NCBI GenBank assembly: GCA_963662715.1
Contig: OY759724.1
Location: 2,880,001 to 2,912,000, forward strand
Direction: 5' to 3'
DNA: 32,000 nt
Source: Candidatus Omnitrophota bacterium
GTDB lineage: Bacteria; Omnitrophota; Gorgyraeia; Zapsychrales; JANLHA01
Part shown: one piece after another, positions 24,948 to 32,000 of the stretch
How positions within the stretch are numbered: the first letter of the stretch is position 1
Layout of the letters: each line of letters opens with the position of its first letter
Program-made: the position numbers and the translations under genes
The notes under the pieces: model-generated
What the model was told of the DNA's origin: nothing
The model's database searches: none
What the model saw: the letters and a program-made list of their open reading frames with translations, nothing else

Positions 24948-26927
24948 ATGAAACTGATCAAATTTCGTATCTATAATTACAAATCAATCATCGACAGCGG
25001 ATATTGTGACCTGTCCACGGATTTTACGATTCTTTTGGGAAAGAACGAGTCGGGAAAAACCGCGGTCCTGGAAGCCTTAAGGGATTTTGACAAACAGGTG
25101 GCGAATTTCCCGGAAGACGCTTTTCCTATCAGCGGTGATTATGAATCCCCGAAACTTGAAATGTGCTTTCAGGTTGATGAGGCGGAACTGGATGCGATTC
25201 AAGATTCAACGGGAATTAAATTGAAGGGAGCGCTCGCGGATTATCTCATTGAGAAAGGTTTGTCCCTGGAGAAAAACTGTACCGGCGAGTATTCTATTAA
25301 AGACGAGACCCTGCTTCGGTTATTAGATGAGGTGAACCAGGGCCAGCGTCACTATATCCGTAAAGAGGAAAAGAAGATAAGGGCGCTGTTGACGGGATAT
25401 TCGATCCCGGAGCTTGACCTGGAAGCCTCTGTCCCGGAAATCCAGGAACGTGTCCAGCAGCTATTCGTGACCATCAAATCCATTTTACCGCTGATCAAAG
25501 AGGAGGATATTCAGCAATCTGTTATAGAGGCTTTGCGTTTTATTAAGCAGGAATCCAAGGATTTATCGGAGCAGGAGAGTCAAGTCGATGCTAAGATGGC
25601 TTTTTTGGATAAAATTAAGGGCTTTTTGCCGCATTTTATTTTCTTTAACGAATTCAATGATATCCTGCCCTTTGAAATCCCCCTGCAGGAACTCAGCCGA
25701 AACCAGGCCGTGCTTGATTTTGCCAAGATTGCCCGTTTGGATATTGATAAAATTATCAACACGCAGGACACCCAGAAACGCATTAATATTCTGAACCATC
25801 ATTCTGCCGCTATCAGCGGGGAATTCCTGAATTTCTGGGGGCAGAACCAGATGGAGCTGATCATTCGTCCTGAAGGCGATAAACTGCTTTTCGGGGTCAA
25901 AGAGGCCAACAGGACGGAGCTGTTCAAAATCCAGCAACGAAGCAAAGGTTTTCAGTGGTTCCTGTCTTTCTATCTGAGGCTCAACAGCCAAAAAGGCGCC
26001 TCTAATGTCATTCTTATTGATGAGCCCGGGATGAACCTGCATGCCAAGGCCCAGAACGAAATTATAAAGGTCCTGGAGCATTTGACTCTGCACGGGAATC
26101 AAATTGTATTCAGCACCCATTCACCTTATCTTTTGGATGATCTTCGGCTGGACAGGATACGTCTTGTTCTTAAAGACCCGGCCAGCGGGACAGTTTTGGA
26201 GAGTAATTTAAGTATGGCTACCGACGATGAAACATTAACGCCTCTTATTTCCTTGTTTAAGCTGGGCCTTTCGCATCGTCTTTCCATGCTGGAAACCGGA
26301 AAAATAAATGTTATTGTTGACGGGCTTGCCAATTATTACTTCTTGGACGGGATGCAATGCTTTGATGAAAATGTCCCTTGGGCCGATTATCACTTCATCC
26401 CCGCTTCCGATATCTCTGAAATCCGGCAGATGGCGTCCTTGATGGTGGGCTCAAAAATGAATTTCCTGATTCTTCTGGATTTCAATCAGGATAGCGAAAA
26501 GCTTGCGAATATCCTGCAGGAAACATTGGGATTGGACGCGACACAGATTATCTTTATCAATGCCGCTCTTGATCAGAGAGTGGAGGACCTTTTTTCAAAA
26601 GAGGATTTCTGCAGAATTCTCATAGGCGAAGATCCGGACGAAGAAAGTACGCTGTCAAATTCGACTTATCTTAAGACGCACAATAAAAACCGTGTTTGGC
26701 TGGCGAAAAAATTTACGGATTTATCTCATAAAAAGGACAGGCTGCTTTTATCTCAGGAAACGTTATCTTCTTTCAGGCAGTTTATAAACCGTGTGTTCAG
26801 AAGCGGAGAAGATAATGCCCCACCTCAGGACAGGAAAGAAAAATCCTTGTTCTCAGAAATCAGGCGCTTTCCATTTTTCCCGAAATTCGGAAAACGGCCT
26901 GAACTTACACAAGACAGCAAAAAATAA
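24948..26927 (+). CDS. ABC/SMC-type AAA ATPase with C-terminal TOPRIM/DUF4435-like region (OLD / PARIS-AriAB-like)
   Basis: Walker A GKNESGKT. Signature-like QQRSKGFQWFLSF. Walker B VILIDEPG. H-loop FSTHSPYLL. Charged helical insert between Walker A and the signature. C-terminal INVIVDGLANYYFL ... FLILLDFNQDSEK. aggggag SD. Confidence 0.78.
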   Translation: MKLIKFRIYNYKSIIDSGYCDLSTDFTILLGKNESGKTAVLEALRDFDKQVANFPEDAFPISGDYESPKLEMCFQVDEAELDAIQDSTGIKLKGALADYLIEKGLSLEKNCTGEYSIKDETLLRLLDEVNQGQRHYIRKEEKKIRALLTGYSIPELDLEASVPEIQERVQQLFVTIKSILPLIKEEDIQQSVIEALRFIKQESKDLSEQESQVDAKMAFLDKIKGFLPHFIFFNEFNDILPFEIPLQELSRNQAVLDFAKIARLDIDKIINTQDTQKRINILNHHSAAISGEFLNFWGQNQMELIIRPEGDKLLFGVKEANRTELFKIQQRSKGFQWFLSFYLRLNSQKGASNVILIDEPGMNLHAKAQNEIIKVLEHLTLHGNQIVFSTHSPYLLDDLRLDRIRLVLKDPASGTVLESNLSMATDDETLTPLISLFKLGLSHRLSMLETGKINVIVDGLANYYFLDGMQCFDENVPWADYHFIPASDISEIRQMASLMVGSKMNFLILLDFNQDSEKLANILQETLGLDATQIIFINAALDQRVEDLFSKEDFCRILIGEDPDEESTLSNSTYLKTHNKNRVWLAKKFTDLSHKKDRLLLSQETLSSFRQFINRVFRSGEDNAPPQDRKEKSLFSEIRRFPFFPKFGKRPELTQDSKK

Positions 26928-27101
26928 TTATTTCTTTCTGTCTTCCTTTTGAATTTTTTTGTCTTTATTTATAATAAAATAAACTAATATTAATAATTAT
27001 GTTTACTTTTTTAAACATTTATTATAAAAATTAGACATTCATATTGCAAAAAAATACATATTTTTCTATTTATAAGTATAAGTTTGTAATAAATATTATA
27101 A

Positions 27102-27117
27102 TGGCACATTTATTGCT
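27102..27117 (+). promoter_or_regulatory. Sigma-54 (-24/-12) promoter
   Basis: TGGCAC-ATTTA-TTGCT is an exact match to TGGCAC-N5-TTGCW. It is embedded in very AT-rich DNA, 27 nt before the ATG at 27144 and just upstream of the aaggagg SD. Confidence 0.6.
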
Positions 27118-27143
27118 ATATATTTTGTTAAGGAGGAGTCAAC

Positions 27144-27779
27144 ATGAAAAAATATAGAGCCATTCTCATTATTTCTGTCGTTTTTTTTAGCCTTTTAGGG
27201 TCTGCTGCTGCGGAAGCCGGAACTTATTACGAATTTATTCCTAGTCCTGATGCAGATTTAAATGACTTAGACCATTACAGATATAGTTTGTGGGGCATAA
27301 CCTGGACCGTGCCCAGTAATGAAGAGATTGTCGGCGCCACTTTTTATATTGACGACATCAATAACTGGGCCAATGAAGACAATGATCAGCTTTTTATCGG
27401 ACTTTTAGACAGCGCTCCAGCAGGTGTGACCACGTATTATGACGGTCAGGGGACAAGCAATGCCATAGAAACATATGCCGCAAATCATAGTATCGAATAT
27501 TGGCATTTAGACACTTATACAGATATAAATGATTATCCGGGGCCAAGCGAGGATTATGATTATATCTTCGATGAAGATGATTTGGCTCAACTCAACAGTT
27601 TCATTATTGATGGCCTCTGGGGCTTCGGCCTGGATGCTGATTGTCACTATTGGAACAACGGTGTTAAGTTTGTCATAGAAACTTCTCCTGTTGTGCCTGA
27701 ACCGGGAACTCTATCGCTGACTTTGTTAGGTGTTCTTTCAGGTTTTGGCCTTCAAAAACGGCGGAAGACGCATAGTTGA
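27144..27779 (+). CDS. Secreted PEP-CTERM sorting-domain protein
   Basis: N-terminal signal peptide MKKYRAILIISVVFFSLLGSAAAEA. C-terminal VPEPGTLSLTLLGVLSGFGLQKRRK, which is the PEP motif, a TM helix and a basic tail. aaggagg SD. Confidence 0.85.
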   Translation: MKKYRAILIISVVFFSLLGSAAAEAGTYYEFIPSPDADLNDLDHYRYSLWGITWTVPSNEEIVGATFYIDDINNWANEDNDQLFIGLLDSAPAGVTTYYDGQGTSNAIETYAANHSIEYWHLDTYTDINDYPGPSEDYDYIFDEDDLAQLNSFIIDGLWGFGLDADCHYWNNGVKFVIETSPVVPEPGTLSLTLLGVLSGFGLQKRRKTHS

Positions 27780-28073
27780 CCTGCCGTTTTTCCCGCCACT
27801 CAACGTACCCTATCTTATAAAGTGAGCCGTGGCTCCCCATGCTTGCGATGGTGCGGTCGGACTCTAAAATATTATCCGCTTTCAAAACAGCCGATAGCAT
27901 AAATTTTCAGATGATTGCTTTATTTTTGATCCAATATAACGTATAATTTAGCAACACGCCCAATGGAGGCGTCACACCGGGGAATAAAAATATTCTTGAA
28001 TATTTTTTCGTGTTCCGGTCGTCATAGGCGGCCCGGCAAGTTTAACTTTTACAGAGATAGGGGATAACGACAG

Positions 28074-28385
28074 GTGGAAAACAATGTTCATTTAAAAAAA
28101 ACCCTCTGTGTTGCTGCCTTTTCTTCCGCCGTATGTTCTTGCGGCGCCTTCCTTATACAAACGCAGGCAAACAAAGCTACAAATGCTTGCAGCTATCTTG
28201 ATCCGATCACAATTGATATTGTCGCTTTTCTGTTCGGGCTTTTTCTGCTCATCGAAGGGCTGTGCGATATTTTCAAACATCGCAATAGTCTTGTCAAAGA
28301 ACAGCTCACGAGATGTTTCCGGATGAGTATCGGCTGCGGTATTCTGGTGATTCATACGATGCAGTTTATGCATAAGGGAGGCTGA
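28074..28385 (+). CDS. Small hydrophobic protein (hypothetical)
   Basis: GTG-initiated 103-aa ORF with 2-3 hydrophobic segments (LCVAAFSSAVCSCGAFLI, IVAFLFGLFLLIEGL). It competes with two overlapping ORFs of similar size, so the frame choice is tentative. Confidence 0.4.
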   Translation: MENNVHLKKTLCVAAFSSAVCSCGAFLIQTQANKATNACSYLDPITIDIVAFLFGLFLLIEGLCDIFKHRNSLVKEQLTRCFRMSIGCGILVIHTMQFMHKGG

Positions 28386-28444
28386 ACTCTTCCTGGAAGT
28401 TATTTCATCTCCTATGATTGAATTTTGAAATTTTTTTAAGGATC

Positions 28445-28873
28445 ATGTCTTCTATTCTCTTAAAAGTGCTTATCGTAGAAGATAATGCTGAACGCCAAAA
28501 AGTTCTCTGCCAGCTCTACAAAGATCATGCCTGGGTATTGGTGCATACGGCTGCACGGGCCATCAAGCTTCTCTCGGCCTTTCGTTTTGACCTGATTTCC
28601 CTTGATTATGATCTTGCGGGGGATGGAAAAGGCAGGGATGTCGCTTCTTATCTTGCGCAATCACCGCAACCGCACGGTAAAATTCTTATCCATTCCATGA
28701 ATGCCCCCGGGGCAGAAATCATAAAGGATTTATTACCGGAAGCCCAATACGTTCCTTTTTCCAGGATCATCAAGTCCAACACCGTTTTTAAAAAGATCCG
28801 GCAGGAATTGTCTCGGGGGATTGATATAAACTGGGATTATGTTTTCGGCCGTGAAGAGCCTCCTGCCGCATAA
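28445..28873 (+). CDS. Stand-alone divergent receiver (REC-fold) protein, cREC-like
   Basis: KVLIVEDN (beta1 acidic pair), DLISLDYDLAGDGKGRDVASYL and ILIHSMNAPGAEII. The conserved beta5 Lys appears absent (AQYVPFS). ATG 28445 is chosen over the TTG at 28418, and SD spacing is poor. Confidence 0.6.
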   Translation: MSSILLKVLIVEDNAERQKVLCQLYKDHAWVLVHTAARAIKLLSAFRFDLISLDYDLAGDGKGRDVASYLAQSPQPHGKILIHSMNAPGAEIIKDLLPEAQYVPFSRIIKSNTVFKKIRQELSRGIDINWDYVFGREEPPAA

Positions 28874-28996
28874 GCCTCGAGAAGGATTTTTCCATGACAA
28901 ATTCTTTATTATGCTTAATGATATGTGTTATAATAAAAAATTAATATGAATATTCTGCGTAAAGTCAAATTATTTTTAATACAAGGGACGACAATT

Positions 28997-29737
28997 ATGA
29001 CAGAACAAGATTTTAAAGAGACGGTTGGGAAACATATCGCTGTATTCATTGTTTCCGCGTGTTTGTTTTTCCTTATAGGGCGCTACATCGGACAAAGCAA
29101 ACAGCCTTTGCATGTAGCCGGGGAGTGGTATTTTTCAACGTACGACGTCAACGGTGTGCCTCTGGAAAAAATGATTGTCGCAACTTTTATTGAAGAACAG
29201 CCGAAGGTCATAAAATTTCTGGCCGCGAACAAGACTTACTCCGGGTATATCAAAGACAACATCATTAACGTCAGCAGCCCTTGTGCAGATGTTGAAGAGT
29301 GTCAGCTATCCGAAATCCAGGGGTCGCTCTCAAGAGGGGTTTTAAGCGGAAAGTGGCGCGACCTGAAAGATACAAGAGTTGTTGATGAGGGGACATGGAT
29401 AGCCAAACCCAAGGCGGCCGGTACGAACGAGAATGCGGTCATCCCGAAAATCAGCGGGAACTGGAAATTCAAATTTTATACCAGGAACGAAGGCCTGCAG
29501 TTACAGGTCAACACAATGATCTTTCAGGAAAAGCTCAAGATTTCCATGAAAGAGCCGCATAAATTTAGCGGATACGTTGTGGACAATACTTTATACGCCT
29601 GCGCGTTAACTCCCGCAGAATCTGAATTTATGGAGATAGAAGGCCGTATTAACGGGGATACTATGGTCGGAGAATGGTGGATCTATACCCCGGGAGAACC
29701 GGAAGAAGAGGGGACCTGGGAGGCCGAAAGATTATAA
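28997..29737 (+). CDS. Membrane-anchored protein with two tandem homologous domains of about 100 aa (hypothetical)
   Basis: TM helix HIAVFIVSACLFFLIGRYIG. Repeats share GEWYF/GNWKF, YSGYIKDN/FSGYVVDN, SGKW/VGEW and EGTWIAKP/EGTWEAER. aaggga SD before the ATG at 28997. Confidence 0.6.
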   Translation: MTEQDFKETVGKHIAVFIVSACLFFLIGRYIGQSKQPLHVAGEWYFSTYDVNGVPLEKMIVATFIEEQPKVIKFLAANKTYSGYIKDNIINVSSPCADVEECQLSEIQGSLSRGVLSGKWRDLKDTRVVDEGTWIAKPKAAGTNENAVIPKISGNWKFKFYTRNEGLQLQVNTMIFQEKLKISMKEPHKFSGYVVDNTLYACALTPAESEFMEIEGRINGDTMVGEWWIYTPGEPEEEGTWEAERL

Positions 29738-29916
29738 TATCCCTCTTTGATGGTTTTAACGCAGCGATCCATCCTGCAATCTTTGCGTCAGAAGAATGAA
29801 CATGCCGGCAATATCCTAATTATTTGTTATCAATTTATTGTGTTTTCAACTCGGGAAAGAGCGTGATCGCATTCGGGATAAATTGCGATTAAGCTCTTTT
29901 TATTATCGCGAAAAAA

Positions 29917-29936
29917 CCACGGCCATGAGGCCGTGG
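29917..29936 (+). repeat. Left-end subterminal hairpin of the IS200-type element
   Basis: ccacggcc-atga-ggccgtgg (8-bp perfect stem). It is part of the 24-nt repeat aaaccacggccAtgaggccgtgga, shared with the right end with 1 mismatch. Confidence 0.75.
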
Positions 29937-29981
29937 ATGAAGCGTTTCCGAGGTCTTGGTTGCGTATGATACAATGGGTGC

Positions 29982-30410
29982 ATGAGATATTTGAAGCAAG
30001 GACACACAGTTTACTATGCCAGATACCATATTGTCATTTGTACAAGATATAGGCGAAAGATATTGCGATGGGGTTCGGCGGAGTATGTCAAAAGATGCGT
30101 TTTGGGAGTGATGAGACGGTATCCTGAGATCATCATTGAAAAAGTAAATACAGATTTAGATCATATGCATCTTTTGGCATCAATTCCGCCGAAGATGGCT
30201 GTAAGTCATGCAGTAAATCTGATTAAGAGTAACACAGCAAAGCTGATGAGGCGGCGATATAAGTTTTTAGACAAGATGTATGTGAAAAAGGCAGGGATAT
30301 GGTCAGCAGGGTATTTTGTGTCAACGGTTGGAGCCGACGAAGAATCGATAAAGCGATACATCGAATATCAAGGCCGGGAAGACCGAGGACAAACGCAGAT
30401 AGAATTTTAG
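29982..30410 (+). CDS. tnpA: IS200/IS605-family Y1 (HUH) transposase
   Basis: YHIVICTRYRRKIL, HUH motif DHMHLL and catalytic-Tyr context WSAGYFVSTVG. Typical length of 142 aa. Confidence 0.92.
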   Translation: MRYLKQGHTVYYARYHIVICTRYRRKILRWGSAEYVKRCVLGVMRRYPEIIIEKVNTDLDHMHLLASIPPKMAVSHAVNLIKSNTAKLMRRRYKFLDKMYVKKAGIWSAGYFVSTVGADEESIKRYIEYQGREDRGQTQIEF

Positions 30411-30441
30411 CTGCGTTTGCACAGTCAAAATAGTTAAGAAA

Positions 30442-30461
30442 CCACGGCCGTGAGGCCGTGG
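30442..30461 (+). repeat. Right-end subterminal hairpin of the IS200-type element
   Basis: ccacggcc-gtga-ggccgtgg. Same orientation and flanks as the left-end hairpin. Confidence 0.75.
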
Positions 30462-30520
30462 AGTTTCATGGTTTGTCATCGGTTTTGGGGCATTCCATGC
30501 TCGTAAAGGCATGAAATTTT

Positions 30521-32000
30521 ATGAAGATAGCCTTTGTTAATGATTGGAGTCAGCAGATCGCCCTGCAGTATATCTTTGCCGTTTTAAAGAAACACGGCTA
30601 TGACGTGAAGCTTTTTACGGAACCCAACTTGTTTGACGATATATGGATTTCCATCCCTCCCCTGCATAAGATCCTGGATTTTCGCGAAGAAGTGGTCAGG
30701 AAACTTAAATTATATAATCCGGATTTGATCGGGATATCGGCCACAACGCGTACTTATGACTGGGCCTGTTATGTTGCCGAATCCATTAAGAAACACATGG
30801 ACGTGCCGATTATCGCCGGTGGCCTGCATCCCACGTTTGTCCCGGAAAGAGTCATCGAAAACCCCTGTTATGATATGCTCTGTGTCGGGGAGGGGGAGTA
30901 TCCTCTGCTGGAGCTCGTGCATAGCATGGAAAAGGGAACTGTGGATTATTCCATAAAAAACATCTGGTTTAAAAAAGACGGAAAAGTTATAAAGAATGAT
31001 ATCCGGCCGCTTATTGAAGATATCGATTCCATCCCTAACCCGGACATGGATGTCTACCTGGACAGCTATTCCTATCATACAAATTCTTACGTTATGAGCA
31101 CCCTTCGCGGTTGTCCTTTTTCTTGCAGTTACTGTTGCACATCGTATTATCATCAGCTGTATAAACTCAAAGGCCCGAGATTCCGCGTGCGAAGTGTCGA
31201 GAACGTCATTAAGGAACTGCTGGAAGTCAAAAGATTAAATAAGCGAACGCGGAAAATCATGTTTAACGACACCTGCTTCGGTTTTAACATCAAGTGGTTA
31301 AAAGAGTTCTCGAAGGAATATGCCCAAAAAATCAACATAGGCTTTTTTTGTGTCATGCACCCGGCGAGCATTACGGAAGAATCCATCGGATATTTAAAAG
31401 CCGCCAGATGCAGATGCGTGTCTTTGGGCATGCAGTCCTGGGAGGAAGACGTGCGGGTGAATTTGTATAATAGGCGGGTCAGCAATGAAGTCATGGAAAG
31501 GGCTGTTCAGCTCATTAAAAAAGCAAAGATGGAAGTGCTGTTGGACAATATTTACGGCCATCCCGGCTCGGATCCGGAAAAGTATATCCAATCGCTCGAC
31601 TTTTATACGCGCTGCAAGCCCACACGCAATTATTTTTACCGGCTGCATCATTTCCCCAAGACGGTTTTAACGGAAAAAGCGTATGCGAACAAATGGCTGT
31701 CGCACGGCCAGTATGAAAATGCCTTAGACGGCAAAGACTTGGGCACATTAAGGTATGAACCGGCCCAGGATGGTTCCTGTGCTCCCCAGGAAAAGATATA
31801 CAAGCAGATGCAGCTGTTGTTTATCCTTATCGACCTTGTCCCGGCAAGAGTCACTTATTATATTATCAAAAAAAGATGGTACAGGTTTTTCCCGGCATTC
31901 TTAAACTCGGCTCTTCTGACCATATGCCGCACATTAATCTCTTTTGACTTGGAGTCCTGCTACTTCCGTTCTATCATGTTTACCAGGTATTTTTATTTTA
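30521..32000 (+). CDS. B12-binding-domain radical SAM enzyme, 3'-truncated by the window edge (not in the supplied ORF track)
   Basis: My own translation from the ATG at 30521 is open to base 32000. It reads MKIAFVNDWSQQIALQYIFAVLKKHGYDVKLF..., then IIAGGLHPTF, then cluster STLRGCPFSCSYC (about 31110-31135), then SLGMQSW. The minus-strand ORFs listed here are its shadows. Confidence 0.85.
   Translation, partial: MKIAFVNDWSQQIALQYIFAVLKKHGYDVKLFTEPNLFDDIWISIPPLHKILDFREEVVRKLKLYNPDLIGISATTRTYDWACYVAESIKKHMDVPIIAGGLHPTFVPERVIENPCYDMLCVGEGEYPLLELVHSMEKGTVDYSIKNIWFKKDGKVIKNDIRPLIEDIDSIPNPDMDVYLDSYSYHTNSYVMSTLRGCPFSCSYCCTSYYHQLYKLKGPRFRVRSVENVIKELLEVKRLNKRTRKIMFNDTCFGFNIKWLKEFSKEYAQKINIGFFCVMHPASITEESIGYLKAARCRCVSLGMQSWEEDVRVNLYNRRVSNEVMERAVQLIKKAKMEVLLDNIYGHPGSDPEKYIQSLDFYTRCKPTRNYFYRLHHFPKTVLTEKAYANKWLSHGQYENALDGKDLGTLRYEPAQDGSCAPQEKIYKQMQLLFILIDLVPARVTYYIIKKRWYRFFPAFLNSALLTICRTLISFDLESCYFRSIMFTRYFYF

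Larger units (their letters stand above)
29905..30470 (+). mobile_element. IS200-type (IS200/IS605 family) insertion sequence, tnpA only. Ends are approximate.
   Basis: Y1 (HUH) transposase ORF bracketed by two near-identical subterminal hairpins in the same orientation. No tnpB. Confidence 0.8.

Noticed and set aside
28092-28373. 93-aa minus-strand ORF and 72-aa + strand ORF (28108-28326) overlapping the small membrane protein call
   Set aside because: The 103-aa + frame has clearer hydrophobic helices and fits the co-directional context. The choice is weakly supported, and the feature is given low confidence.
29917-30461. The two identical hairpin repeats, considered as a CRISPR or REP array
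   Set aside because: There are only two copies, and they bracket a Y1 transposase gene at the spacing expected for IS200 ends. No further repeat-spacer periodicity occurs anywhere in the window.
30710-31854. Series of minus-strand ORFs (30710-31153, 31153-31494, 31394-31651, 31515-31748, 31648-31854)
   Set aside because: They are antisense to the open-ended + strand radical SAM gene starting at 30521, which has convincing B12-binding and CxxxCxxC motifs. None of the minus ORFs has a recognisable motif.

Overview
All confidently called genes in this 32-kb window are on the + strand. (1) About 488-24758 is a tightly packed array of roughly 19 co-directional genes, several with ATGA stop/start overlaps. 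It reads as a cell-envelope glycoconjugate or lipid modification locus. It holds five cobalamin(B12)-binding-type radical SAM genes, one SPASM/twitch-type radical SAM gene, two DegT-family PLP aminotransferases and an asparagine-synthase homologue lacking the N-terminal Cys nucleophile. It also holds a GT2 polyprenyl-phosphate glycosyltransferase, a flippase-like (LPG-synthase-TM) membrane protein, three or four GT-C/GT39(ArnT/PMT_2)-like polytopic membrane proteins, a GT9 and a leading HEAT-repeat protein. A small Cys-rich protein gene sits behind a 455-bp AT-rich regulatory gap. (2) About 24759-30520 looks like an accessory segment. It contains an OLD/PARIS-like ABC-type ATPase with a degenerate TOPRIM-like tail and a PEP-CTERM protein behind a perfect sigma-54 -24/-12 promoter. 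It also contains a small membrane protein, a divergent receiver (cREC-like) protein, an internally duplicated anchored protein and an IS200-type element with matching hairpin ends. (3) From 30521 to the window end there is a sixth B12-type radical SAM gene. It is absent from the supplied ORF track because it runs off the edge. I saw no rRNA, tRNA or CRISPR array. All family calls rest on motif recognition by eye, with no searches run.
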